From the IMG/VR virus record IMGVR_UViG_3300042341_000071, positions 1 through 30,931 of that record: a DNA stretch of 30,931 bases. One strand, 5' to 3'. A program made the position numbers and the translations under genes. The notes below the pieces were generated by a model. The model was not told the origin of the DNA. It was given only the letters and a program-made list of their open reading frames with translations, and did no database searches. This document shows positions 1 to 7,942 of this stretch, one piece after another. Each line of letters starts with the position of its first letter. Within the stretch, counting starts at the first letter, position 1. The stretch comes from a virus. Lineage: Duplodnaviria > Caudoviricetes.

Positions 1-205
1 TAGTTAACCTCCTCCTCATAAGCATTAGTGTACTGAGACTTATTAACACTTACCAACTGCAATAATGCGTCATCTAAAATAGGCACTCCATTCTGTATCA
101 CTTGACATCGAGTCAACGTGTTGATGTTAAATGTTCCTGCCTGAATATTTACATCATAGTAATTCCCAAGCAACTCATGATTGTTCTTAGTTCCCTCAAG
201 GACAA
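1..205 (+). repeat. Terminal direct repeat, left copy (circular overlap)
   Basis: Identical to 30727..30931 except A78 vs G30804. Confidence 0.97.
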
Positions 206-329
206 TGGTTTTGGAGAAAGTTCCTTTGCGAGATGTTAAATCTCTAATGTCACCAATGTTAAATGTTATCGGAAAATTAGTCTTTTCAGATACATCTAAG
301 ACTCCTGTCTCGAGTACTATCTTAACCAT
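1..329 (-). CDS. 5' part of the large tail tip/minor tail protein; continues across the junction to 28263 (930 aa in total)
   Basis: ATG at 329 (MVKIVLETGVLDVSEKTNFPITFNIGDIRDLTSRKGTFSKTIVLEGTKNNHELLGNYY) is in frame with ORF 28263..30899 through the repeat and overlaps the stop of 322..1815. Confidence 0.9.
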   Translation of the reverse strand, partial: MVKIVLETGVLDVSEKTNFPITFNIGDIRDLTSRKGTFSKTIVLEGTKNNHELLGNYYDVNIQAGTFNINTLTRCQVIQNGVPILDDALLQLVSVNKSQYTNAYEEEVN

Positions 330-1815
330 TGATTATGTCGTTATTAGATAACCTTACTTGGATTGACTGCTTGATTAGGTTGTTGTTGCGTTGCTTATAT
401 ACCTCAAAGTTTGTGTTAAGCACATTACAGCTTACATACTCAGTTGACTCAGGGATATGTATGATACATCCACTCTCATCATAAAGATTATCCAAGTCCT
501 CTGTAATACGATAGACTACGTTTTTAACATAGGTTTGTGGAGAAGTTAACAACTGCTGAAAGTATGTACCCTCTGCCTCACTCATCCAGTTAGTGTTGAG
601 GTCGTATGTCTTAACTACTTGAGTGTTGAAATTAACTTGACCTTGTTCATAAGTTTTGTACTTCCATTGAGATGAGGTAACATATCCCGGGACATCCTTG
701 TTGTATGTATCCCTCTTGATAGTGCCCTTCTCATAGCTCTTAAGTTGGAAGGCAAAGCTACCCCATGAACCCATCCTATCTAAGAATAAAATATGACTCT
801 CAGAGATTTGAACTCTCTTATCTAATACAATCCTATACTTAATAGAGCTTTGATTACCAACAATAGTATCACCATACCATATATCGTAATATGTAGTGGT
901 TGCTTTAATCAATCCTGCAGTTCCACTTATCAATACTAATGTGCCAAAGTTATTAGGACCAACTGCCACACCCTTGACATAGTCACTGCCTGCCAATGAC
1001 TTGCTGAATACATCACCATTACTGTTGGCAAAGTAAACTCTTTTTTGAGCAGCAACACCCGGGTCTTTTAGATTGAGCCATAAGTCCTGCCCCGGTGTAC
1101 ATGTAAAGTTCAAAGGTTGATCAGTGAGCCACAGTCCAGATGTGTTATTAAGTGTGTAGTCAGTCTGATCATAGAATGGCATATCTATCCAAGAAATAGC
1201 TCCATTAAATACATACTTATCTAAGGTGCTAATTTCATTGAGGTTAATATCCTTCCTGTTGTCAGCATACTTGATACTCCCATTGATGGTTGCATCTGTT
1301 ACCTCTGACCATAGCGCATTGATAGTGAAGTTGGTTGTACCTGTGATTGAAATCACTGTGTGCAATCCTTCCACTCCCGGGTTGGCCACACCTCCATCTG
1401 CCTGTGTTATGTTTATCTGATCACCAACTTGAAAAGCATGCGTTGCTGTGATACGAACATTACCACTGTTATTTACTAATGAGGATGTGTAAGATAATGT
1501 GTAGATATACTCCTCTCCAATCTTAATGTCATACTTATAGTATGAGTTAGCCGCATCATAAAAGGTTGTGATTGTGGGATTGAAGTCATAGCTTACCATG
1601 TTGCTCAAGAGCTTGCTCAAGTCCTGCTCCCCATATCCTGTGCCATAGGTAGGTAATGCTTTATAGTATCCTATCCTATTGGCTGTGCCTGACTCAAATA
1701 TCTCAAAGATATACCGGAAGCCATCATTGTTGACATTAGTTGAGTTAACTATGAACTTGCACTCATTGTAAGCAGGAGTGAAATCTTGAGGTTCTGCTAT
1801 GATTGTCATTGCCAT
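322..1815 (-). CDS. Virion structural protein, probable distal tail/baseplate component (497 aa)
   Basis: Beta-rich T/N/G/Y composition; C-terminal 'FLDRMGSWGSFAF...LNTNWMSE...QLLTSPQTY' is typical of Bacteroidota siphovirus tail proteins; lies next to the tail tip gene. Confidence 0.65.
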   Translation of the reverse strand: MAMTIIAEPQDFTPAYNECKFIVNSTNVNNDGFRYIFEIFESGTANRIGYYKALPTYGTGYGEQDLSKLLSNMVSYDFNPTITTFYDAANSYYKYDIKIGEEYIYTLSYTSSLVNNSGNVRITATHAFQVGDQINITQADGGVANPGVEGLHTVISITGTTNFTINALWSEVTDATINGSIKYADNRKDINLNEISTLDKYVFNGAISWIDMPFYDQTDYTLNNTSGLWLTDQPLNFTCTPGQDLWLNLKDPGVAAQKRVYFANSNGDVFSKSLAGSDYVKGVAVGPNNFGTLVLISGTAGLIKATTTYYDIWYGDTIVGNQSSIKYRIVLDKRVQISESHILFLDRMGSWGSFAFQLKSYEKGTIKRDTYNKDVPGYVTSSQWKYKTYEQGQVNFNTQVVKTYDLNTNWMSEAEGTYFQQLLTSPQTYVKNVVYRITEDLDNLYDESGCIIHIPESTEYVSCNVLNTNFEVYKQRNNNLIKQSIQVRLSNNDIING

Positions 1816-1847
1816 ACCTATATTGTATTTCAGTTGGCATCCTGTTA
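1813..1847 (-). promoter_or_regulatory. Putative late promoter copy 1: TAACA-N15-TACAATATAGGT-ATG
   Basis: 15-mer shared by five loci and ending in the start codon of 322..1815. Confidence 0.8.
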
Positions 1848-2993
1848 GAAGGACATATATGAATCATCTGTAAAGTATTCCTCCTTGATATGAGTGGCAG
1901 CATATCGGATGGCATCCATTGCATCATCCCATAACTTGACCGGCTCATCTGTAATGGTATCACCTATCTTTTTCCACTTGTAATTCTCATACTCTTTCTT
2001 AAGTTGAGGATGGTCCTCACAGAATATACCAAAGGACTTGATGTTGTTAATACCTTGCTTGACTACCTTGTTTGCATTCTCAATATAGTAACCTGCTCTG
2101 TCTATCTCAGCAATGATTTCTGGCCTTGAATAGTCAGCAAGGATGTTGATACTCTTTTCAATGCCTAACTGTTCCATACGTGCTATGAGGTCAGTGGTAG
2201 TCAAGTAACTCTCATAGATTACAGGCTCAATGTATAGATCCTTATCCCTCCAATAGACTCTCACTAATGCAGTGGGGTGATTGTATCCAAAGTCAAGGCC
2301 ATAGACATACTCAGTGAACTTAGCCGGGCGGTGCTTGACAAATGTCCAATTGGAGTAGATGTTACTCTTGGAGATAGCTTTCTCCCCTAATGCGTAAATC
2401 TGATACTGTGCCTCATCAGTTCTCTTTAAGTCCTCAATCTGTTTCTTAATAGACTCAGGCAGGAATGGGTTGTCCTTGTAGGTTGACTTGATTAGTATTG
2501 ACTCATCCTGTGGTAACTCATACAGCCATGAGTTAGACTCAGATGGGTTGTAGTCAAAGATTAGCTTACCCTCTGTTCTCATGTTCAACTGAGTGAAGTC
2601 ATCATAGTATAGCTCATTAGCCTCATTGCACCATGCAAGGTCTCTCTTCCTACCTCTTATCTTTTGTTCGTCATCCACTGAGAAGAACTCAACAATGGAT
2701 CCATTATCAAAGGTGTAGATGTGCTCACTCTTGTTATGCTTGTTAACATCGTATATCTCAAGGCTCTTCATGATCTCAAGGAAGTCTCTCATCACTGTGG
2801 CTCTGAGTGCAGGGAAGGTCTTTCGTATGATACTTACTACCTTGTTTCTGTTCTGTAGGCAGTAAACTATGACCAACTGACATAGTGAGTAGGTCTTAGA
2901 ACTCCTTGAGCCGCCCTCATTGATTATAAACCTTTGCTCTGAGTTGAGAGCATTGAAGTTCTTTTCAAATATGACTGTGCTATTAATCTCCAT
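1845..2993 (-). CDS. terL: Terminase large subunit, PBSX/Terminase_3 type (382 aa)
   Basis: Walker A-like GGSRSSKT, Walker B WCNEANE, YNP coupling motif, nuclease motifs GLDFGYNHP and DDAMDAIRY. Confidence 0.95.
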   Translation of the reverse strand: MEINSTVIFEKNFNALNSEQRFIINEGGSRSSKTYSLCQLVIVYCLQNRNKVVSIIRKTFPALRATVMRDFLEIMKSLEIYDVNKHNKSEHIYTFDNGSIVEFFSVDDEQKIRGRKRDLAWCNEANELYYDDFTQLNMRTEGKLIFDYNPSESNSWLYELPQDESILIKSTYKDNPFLPESIKKQIEDLKRTDEAQYQIYALGEKAISKSNIYSNWTFVKHRPAKFTEYVYGLDFGYNHPTALVRVYWRDKDLYIEPVIYESYLTTTDLIARMEQLGIEKSINILADYSRPEIIAEIDRAGYYIENANKVVKQGINNIKSFGIFCEDHPQLKKEYENYKWKKIGDTITDEPVKLWDDAMDAIRYAATHIKEEYFTDDSYMSF

Positions 2994-3065
2994 TTTTTAG
3001 GCAATAGTTAAGCTATAACACTATATTTAGTATTATGACAATTAACCTATCTTACTATATATATA

Positions 3066-3485
3066 TTAAGTAGGCTTTATAATATTAACCTTAACCTCAT
3101 TGATAGCTTGACCTTGAGTGGTTGTATCTACCCTTTCAGTTAGGTTGTTTAGTCGCTGAGTGATGGAAGGGTTGTACTGCCCTGCCATGCCGCCTGTAAT
3201 CTGATCCTCTCTGATGACTCTCTTTATACGTGAACAGATAGCAACATAGTCTGAATATCTCCCATCTCTATTTTCAAAGTATTGGTCTATACATCCCACA
3301 TTGTCATAGCAGTAATTATAGAATCCTTCAAATACAAGGGGTCTCTCTAATGGCACTGGAGTAGCTTCCCCTGTTTTGTTTGACAGTGAGTATTGATACC
3401 TTGGGTTTGACTTGCACCAATCCCTGTAGGCTTCAAACAACTCCCACATCTTTTCAGGGGTCTCTATGTATTTAGGCTTGCCCAT
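3066..3485 (-). CDS. terS: Terminase small subunit (P22 gp3-like DNA packaging protein, 139 aa)
   Basis: Directly upstream of terL; 'PKYIETPEKMWELFEAY...RPLVFEGF...GQYNPSITQRL' fits the gp3-like pattern. Confidence 0.85.
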   Translation of the reverse strand: MGKPKYIETPEKMWELFEAYRDWCKSNPRYQYSLSNKTGEATPVPLERPLVFEGFYNYCYDNVGCIDQYFENRDGRYSDYVAICSRIKRVIREDQITGGMAGQYNPSITQRLNNLTERVDTTTQGQAINEVKVNIIKPT

Positions 3486-3738
3486 CTTGAGCAGGTTTTT
3501 TCTTACGTTTCTTTTTAGGTGCTACCTCTACTGACTCAGCTGGAATAGGTGGCTCAACTGCCTCATATTTGATAACTGTAGGCACTTCCTCGAATAGGTA
3601 AGATAGTCCAATAGATTGGTAGTACTTCACCTTGCTCATGTCAATCTTAGCCACTACAATAGAACGTTGTCCTAAGATGCGATCATATACTCTGACAGTT
3701 TTGTCAATGTATTGTGTTTTAATTTTAAAATTGCTCAT
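3472..3738 (-). CDS. Hypothetical protein with basic C-terminus (88 aa)
   Basis: ORF overlaps both neighbours; ends in a PKKKRKKK tail. Confidence 0.75.
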   Translation of the reverse strand: MSNFKIKTQYIDKTVRVYDRILGQRSIVVAKIDMSKVKYYQSIGLSYLFEEVPTVIKYEAVEPPIPAESVEVAPKKKRKKKPAQDGQA

Positions 3739-3886
3739 ATTCTTTAACTATTATAAATACTAAATATAGTGCTAAGGTAATGCTTGAGAACTTAAATAGC
3801 AAATATGTGTTTTCATTCCACAGTGCCATCACTACTCCAAAGGCCATTATGTAAGTCATTAAGCCTAAAAAATTAGCATTCCTCAT
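3725..3886 (-). CDS. Small two-TM membrane protein (53 aa, MRNANFLGLMTYIMAFGVVMALWNENTYLLFKFSSITLALYLVFIIVKEYEQF), not in the ORF track
   Basis: Translated by hand. It starts at the ATG of late-motif copy 2 and fills the gap between its neighbours. Confidence 0.8.
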   Translation of the reverse strand: MRNANFLGLMTYIMAFGVVMALWNENTYLLFKFSSITLALYLVFIIVKEYEQF

Positions 3887-4415
3887 ACCTATATTGTATT
3901 TGATTTATATTTTCTTTAATTTCTTTAATCAGGAAGTAGGCAGATGTACTGTTGATGTTGAAATATTTAGCGAGTGCAGTCTGAGTAGAGTGCCCTTTGT
4001 CGTAATATGCTTCAAATACTATCTTTTTTATCCTGTCTTTTTGTTCTGTTCTATATATTTCAACAAGAGCCTTTTTAAAGTTGTACCTATCCTCTATCTC
4101 AATCTTGTGCTCAAGGTCTGTAGGGTCATCAATGACATCCATTGTGTACTCTTGAGACCTGTACAAATCCTGTTTCTTAGTCTTAGATCCTTGAGTCCAG
4201 ATAAGATCACATTTAATAGTGTTGAGTAGATAGCTCTTAGCCTTATCCTCTGTCATATCTTGAGCATTGAGTCCTGCACAGTGTAAGTAAGCATTGTTAA
4301 TAACTGCATCTGCATCTATTGAGGTGGGTATATTGAGCACATCTAAGAAATGTCGAGTGTACTTGAGCACCTCAAGGTAGTTACGAGAGAGATATCTATC
4401 CAAGTGCTCCTTCAT
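3873..4415 (-). CDS. ECF/sigma70-like transcription factor, probable late activator (180 aa from MKEHL)
   Basis: Region-2-like 'DADAVINNAYL...AKSYLLNTIK' and region-4 HTH 'TQTALAKYFNINSTSAYFLIKEIK'; sits just before the packaging genes. Confidence 0.65.
   Translation of the reverse strand: MKEHLDRYLSRNYLEVLKYTRHFLDVLNIPTSIDADAVINNAYLHCAGLNAQDMTEDKAKSYLLNTIKCDLIWTQGSKTKKQDLYRSQEYTMDVIDDPTDLEHKIEIEDRYNFKKALVEIYRTEQKDRIKKIVFEAYYDKGHSTQTALAKYFNINSTSAYFLIKEIKENINQIQYRYEEC
3884..3918 (-). promoter_or_regulatory. Putative late promoter copy 2: TAAAG-N15-TACAATATAGGT-ATG (inside the 3' end of the sigma-like gene)
   Basis: Exact 15-mer at 3884..3898. Confidence 0.75.
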
Positions 4416-4602
4416 ACCATTGAGTGAAGTCTTTGAGCCATACCTTCCTGCGTACTGATGCACAGAAACACTCCTTATCTCTTTGTCCTGTGACTCTGTT
4501 CTTAACTTGTTGTAGTTGTATAAGGCTTCTCTTAGTGAGCACCTTCTCCTCAGGTTGATTGAGGATGGTTTCTATGAGTTGTATATCAGTTTGTTCAAGC
4601 AT
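4396..4602 (-). CDS. Hypothetical protein with CxC motif (68 aa from MLEQTD)
   Basis: Internal ATG at 4602 limits the overlap with the upstream gene; contains KECFCASVRR. Confidence 0.7.
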   Translation of the reverse strand: MLEQTDIQLIETILNQPEEKVLTKRSLIQLQQVKNRVTGQRDKECFCASVRRKVWLKDFTQWYEGALG

Positions 4603-4802
4603 ACAGCTGTGAGTGATGTGGCACAAGCCACAGTGAATGATTGTGAGTATGCCCAAGTCCCCCAGAAGCTGAGACACTTCCAGCAGCCAAGTGAAGTATG
4701 TAGCCAATCTGGGAGGTTGAGCTTGTTATCTATGTAGTTCTGTAATGGTTCAAAGTGAGTGAACCACCAGGAGATTACTAATGGAGTTAAATATCCTATC
4801 AT
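4572..4802 (-). CDS. Small membrane protein with CxxCxSFW motif (DUF1360-like, 76 aa from MIGYLT)
   Basis: Hydrophobic segments and 'LGCWKCLSFW'; ATG lies 4 nt after a Bacteroidota-type -7 element. Confidence 0.7.
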   Translation of the reverse strand: MIGYLTPLVISWWFTHFEPLQNYIDNKLNLPDWLHTSLGCWKCLSFWGTWAYSQSFTVACATSLTAVCLNKLIYNS

Positions 4803-4806
4803 GGTG

Positions 4807-4837
4807 CTAAGATAATAAAAGTTATTAACATGACAAA
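4807..4837 (-). promoter_or_regulatory. Bacteroidota housekeeping-type promoter, TTTG-N19-TATCTTAG (one mismatch in the -7 box)
   Basis: + strand ctaagata 4807..4814 and caaa 4834..4837, 19-bp spacer. Confidence 0.6.
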
Positions 4838-4859
4838 GGAGAGCTGTTACACTCTCCTT
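4836..4859 (-). terminator. Hairpin AAGGAGAG-TGTAACAG-CTCTCCTT, probable weak terminator of the early arm
   Basis: Perfect 8-bp stem with only a short U tract. Confidence 0.5.
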
Positions 4860-4917
4860 ATATGACCCTATGACAACGCTCTCAGGTGCGAGTGATAGGG
4901 GGTTGCTTTGCCGAGCC

Positions 4918-5001
4918 TCAGTTGTTAATCTTATCAAGTATTGATTGAGGGGTATGATACTGCCCTTCAATGTAGATCATTATTCTTACTAAGTAGTTCA
5001 T
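4918..5001 (-). CDS. Small hypothetical peptide (27 aa, MNYLVRIMIYIEGQYHTPQSILDKINN)
   Basis: ATGA overlap with the stop of 4998..5216. Confidence 0.55.
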   Translation of the reverse strand: MNYLVRIMIYIEGQYHTPQSILDKINN

Positions 5002-5216
5002 TTCATCAAGTATTTAAACACCTTATCATAGAACTTACCTGTCACCTCATTGCCATGCATGAATCGGTACATTTGAAACTTATCCACTCCAACGTCCTCT
5101 GCCAAATGTACTATCTTGTATCTCCTGGATAGCTTATCAAACAACTCTGCTCTGATTGAGTCAGTAAGCGTCTCACCATCTTTGATGTAGACTGTCTTAG
5201 AACGGGAGGTCATCAT
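4998..5216 (-). CDS. Small Cro/XRE-like HTH protein (72 aa)
   Basis: 'IVHLAEDVGVDKFQMYRFMHG' fits an HTH pattern. Confidence 0.65.
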   Translation of the reverse strand: MMTSRSKTVYIKDGETLTDSIRAELFDKLSRRYKIVHLAEDVGVDKFQMYRFMHGNEVTGKFYDKVFKYLMK

Positions 5217-5526
5217 CTAATTCTATTAATTGTGTACTTGGCTGTGATGGCTTAGATCCTGTGACCTCAATTTTCCATGCATCAAGAGTATTGTAATACC
5301 TCCCATTGAACTCCCTACCTCTCACATTGTATGATACTTCCACTTGCTGACCTACACCCAATGACTCTAAGACAGCCATCTTATCGTTGACTGTTTGGAA
5401 TAGTATATCCTGTGGATACTTGGCATCCGGTGTTGTTACCACGAACTCTCTCACTGAGAACTTATCACTGATTACCTTGATTGGGTTAATGAGCTTGATA
5501 GCTCCTTTGATTGTTGATTCTGACAT
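5197..5526 (-). CDS. DUF3127-family OB-fold ssDNA-binding protein (109 aa)
   Basis: 'KYPQDILF...VGQQVEVSYNVRGREFNGRYYNTLDAWKI' and the acidic tail DDDLPF. Confidence 0.9.
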   Translation of the reverse strand: MSESTIKGAIKLINPIKVISDKFSVREFVVTTPDAKYPQDILFQTVNDKMAVLESLGVGQQVEVSYNVRGREFNGRYYNTLDAWKIEVTGSKPSQPSTQLIELDDDLPF

Positions 5527-5536
5527 TGTTATTGTA

Positions 5537-5746
5537 TTATATTACTCTCTCAGGGAACGCTATCTCTGGAGTAGTTTGGTTAATAATTTCATCGGCTACT
5601 ATGTTAGCATAAGCAACTGCAATCTCATGGTCTGAGCTGTATATTTGATGCTCAATGTCCATACCGTTTCTAATTTGTTCCATTCTTACAGGATTTGTAA
5701 GGAATGCAGCCACTAACTGAGTGACTATTTGTGTTCTTGTTTCCAT
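5537..5746 (-). CDS. Hypothetical protein (69 aa)
   Basis: ORF tiling; 1-nt overlap with the upstream stop. Confidence 0.75.
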   Translation of the reverse strand: METRTQIVTQLVAAFLTNPVRMEQIRNGMDIEHQIYSSDHEIAVAYANIVADEIINQTTPEIAFPERVI

Positions 5747-6369
5747 TATTTATTATTTAATTCATTTACATATTGAGCATAATATTCAGAGCATGCTATT
5801 AATCTCTCTTTTATTTGTTCTTCAATGGCTGTATCTCTCTCATATCTTAACACAGTTACCCTATGGTGTGCAGGTATGTGTTTGACCTTATGGATTGATT
5901 TGTTATCCCAATCAGTGAGCAGAGTATCATCTGTATCATACATGGTGTACACTAACTCAAATGAAGGTCTATCATACAGCCACATGTATGCTCTACCCTG
6001 CCACTCATAATCTGAGTTCTCACCTTCTGATGGTGTTGCCGGGAAGGTCTCTAATGACCAAGAGCTCTTGATGTCAATGATCACCTCATCAAGTAATATA
6101 TCACAACACCCTGACATGAGCTCATTAGTTACTCTGATTGTGTTCTTACTGTACTTCTTAGTGAAACGAACCTCATTGAGTAAGTCAATACCATCCTGCT
6201 CCCAATCAGTTCCTTTAATCATTGGCTTAGTCTTAATGTCTGAGCTATATCCAAAGAAATCCTGTTTTGCAATTTTTCTAATCTCAGACTTAGCAGTCTC
6301 AGACAAGAGCTCAGACTTACTCCTGGAGTTAGTCATGAGCTTACCTAATTGTGATGGACGCCATTTCAT
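5746..6369 (-). CDS. YqaJ/lambda-exonuclease-like 5'-3' exonuclease (207 aa)
   Basis: 'RPSQLGKLM', 'KGTDWE', 'SGCCD...IIDIKSSW', 'YEWQGRAYMWL' PD-(D/E)XK motifs; lies beside ERF. Confidence 0.85.
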   Translation of the reverse strand: MKWRPSQLGKLMTNSRSKSELLSETAKSEIRKIAKQDFFGYSSDIKTKPMIKGTDWEQDGIDLLNEVRFTKKYSKNTIRVTNELMSGCCDILLDEVIIDIKSSWSLETFPATPSEGENSDYEWQGRAYMWLYDRPSFELVYTMYDTDDTLLTDWDNKSIHKVKHIPAHHRVTVLRYERDTAIEEQIKERLIACSEYYAQYVNELNNK

Positions 6370-6370
6370 A

Positions 6371-6478
6371 CTACCAATATTTAATTATAAAATGAGATAC
6401 TACATATATTATAGCTATGTTAACTGCTAAGCCTATCAATGCAGGAACTAAGCAGCCTATCCATTCTCTTAAATTCAT
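6371..6478 (-). CDS. Small single-TM peptide (35 aa, MNLREWIGCLVPALIGLAVNIAIIYVVSHFIIKYW)
   Basis: ATGA overlap with the ERF stop; ends 1 nt before the exonuclease ATG. Confidence 0.7.
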   Translation of the reverse strand: MNLREWIGCLVPALIGLAVNIAIIYVVSHFIIKYW

Positions 6479-7032
6479 AACTGTGCCTCCTGTTCTTTGG
6501 TTAGATAGAACTTATCTTTGAGCTCCTCAACTGTGTACTCATTAGATGCTATCTTAGCAAGAGCAGCCTTGAAACGTGCATCTGACAATGATTCTTTTTT
6601 AGTCTCAGTTGGTTGCTCCTTAGATGCCTGTTGACCATCATCATCCACTGCCTGCAATGAGAGAGCACTTTGAAGGGTGTACCTACGATAGTAGGTTATG
6701 GCACTACCCATTTGCTGAGGTGTGATACCTTGAGGTAATTCCATACATGACTCAATCATTGCACCTGAGTAGTTAATATCTACTATCTGAGTGCACACAC
6801 TATTACCTTGGATAGGTTGGATAAGTAGCAAGCCATTCTCTAATAGCACAGGCTCAACAGTGCTAAGGATAGCATTGAGGTCAGCATATTTTGAGTGATG
6901 ACTTTGTGCGTTCTTAGTTACCTTACCAATGGCCAACTTTGCCTTGTGTAGTTTTTGATGTAGAGTGAGTGTGTTACTCAACTCATTCAGCTCCTTGATT
7001 TTCTCAGTAGCTGTTTTGATTTCTTTTTCCAT
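6475..7032 (-). CDS. erf: ERF-family ssDNA annealing recombinase (185 aa from MEKEIK)
   Basis: 'SKYADLNAIL' and the 'PQQMGSAITYYRRYTLQSALSL..DDDG' ERF signature. Start set by the promoter at 7053..7083. Confidence 0.92.
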   Translation of the reverse strand: MEKEIKTATEKIKELNELSNTLTLHQKLHKAKLAIGKVTKNAQSHHSKYADLNAILSTVEPVLLENGLLLIQPIQGNSVCTQIVDINYSGAMIESCMELPQGITPQQMGSAITYYRRYTLQSALSLQAVDDDGQQASKEQPTETKKESLSDARFKAALAKIASNEYTVEELKDKFYLTKEQEAQL

Positions 7033-7052
7033 ACTGTTTTTATTTATTGCAT

Positions 7053-7083
7053 CAAAGTTAATAAAAGATTGCATAAGTACAAA
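7053..7083 (-). promoter_or_regulatory. Bacteroidota housekeeping promoter TTTG-N19-TAACTTTG driving erf-exo-ssb
   Basis: Perfect -33/-7 consensus with 19-bp spacing. Confidence 0.85.
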
Positions 7084-7092
7084 ATAAAGTTA

Positions 7093-7251
7093 TTAACAAT
7101 TATCTGTTAGCTCTTCATCCTTATCCTCATGCACCTCATTGAGTGCTTGTTCTAATAGGTTAATCTCATTTGCACACAACTCTCCAAATATTGCTGCAGC
7201 ACATCTCAAAAATGTTGCAGCTTTAATTAGCTCTTCTTTTTTTGCTTTCAT
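7093..7251 (-). CDS. Hypothetical protein (52 aa, MKAKKEELIKAATFLRCAAAIFGELC...)
   Basis: Translated by hand; ATGA overlap with 7248..7607. Confidence 0.7.
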   Translation of the reverse strand: MKAKKEELIKAATFLRCAAAIFGELCANEINLLEQALNEVHEDKDEELTDNC

Positions 7252-7607
7252 ATCTTGTATTTTAATTCCTCTCCAGTCAGTGCATAGTATAGGTTTTCAA
7301 GTTGGTGGACGTATTGATTATTACCTATTCTTAATACATGACCATCAACTTTAATTAGAAAATAATTAAAAAATCCTAACTCAACACCAAAATCACCTTT
7401 CATAAATACTCTATCAGTAACTTGTTTGAAACCTAATTTTAATAATACATTCTCATCAAGCTCAAGAGCCTGATAAAAGTCATCAATCTCATCATCTAAT
7501 AAATTCTCAATATCCTCTAAGTTTATAAGTCCAATCTTATAAGTTCCATCACCTAACTCAATCTTATATGAGTTACCTAATCTAATTTCATGTGAGTCTA
7601 ATGTCAT
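7248..7607 (-). CDS. Conserved Bacteroidota phage hypothetical protein (119 aa)
   Basis: 'ELDENVLLKLGF...YVHQLENLYYALTGEEL' is a pattern I recognise from this phage group. Confidence 0.8.
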   Translation of the reverse strand: MTLDSHEIRLGNSYKIELGDGTYKIGLINLEDIENLLDDEIDDFYQALELDENVLLKLGFKQVTDRVFMKGDFGVELGFFNYFLIKVDGHVLRIGNNQYVHQLENLYYALTGEELKYKI

Positions 7608-7610
7608 AAT

Positions 7611-7712
7611 TTAATCTATTTCATTATTAATCCCCTTAACAGGGTGTTTATATTTCTTCCTAAGATGTTTCAACTTTACTTTGAACTTTGGCATTTTTAG
7701 TTTGATTCTCAT
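7611..7712 (-). CDS. Small highly basic peptide (33 aa, MRIKLKMPKFKVKLKHLRKKYKHPVKGINNEID)
   Basis: ATGA overlap with the upstream stop; fills the gap. Confidence 0.6.
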   Translation of the reverse strand: MRIKLKMPKFKVKLKHLRKKYKHPVKGINNEID

Positions 7713-7942
7713 AGCTTCTCTATTTCGTGTTTTACTTGTTCTAAATATTTATGTAAATGAATAGCATACTCATTAAGTGTGAGATTAGTATCTGTAAATG
7801 GTAGAACTAATATCATCTCATCAACTGCAATTAAGGCACATCCTTTTGCCTCCTCTATATCTAATCTTTCATCAGTTATCTCAAAAAATATTTGCTTTTG
7901 AAATTTATCAACTAACTCTATTGCCTTATCTTTTGCACTCAT
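7709..7942 (-). CDS. Hypothetical protein (77 aa)
   Basis: 'KAIELVDKF...AKGCALIAVDE...VKHEIEKL' small phage family pattern; ATGA overlaps at both ends. Confidence 0.8.
   Translation of the reverse strand: MSAKDKAIELVDKFQKQIFFEITDERLDIEEAKGCALIAVDEMILVLPFTDTNLTLNEYAIHLHKYLEQVKHEIEKL

Noticed and set aside
2994-3065. Sixth late-promoter copy upstream of terL (CTAAATATAGTG)
   Set aside because: Only AATATAG matches, it is not fused to an ATG, and it lacks the correctly spaced TAA element.
4838-4890. Glycine riboswitch (GGAGAG ... CTCTCAGG on the + strand)
   Set aside because: The conserved CCGAAG core is missing and there is no downstream plus-strand gene.
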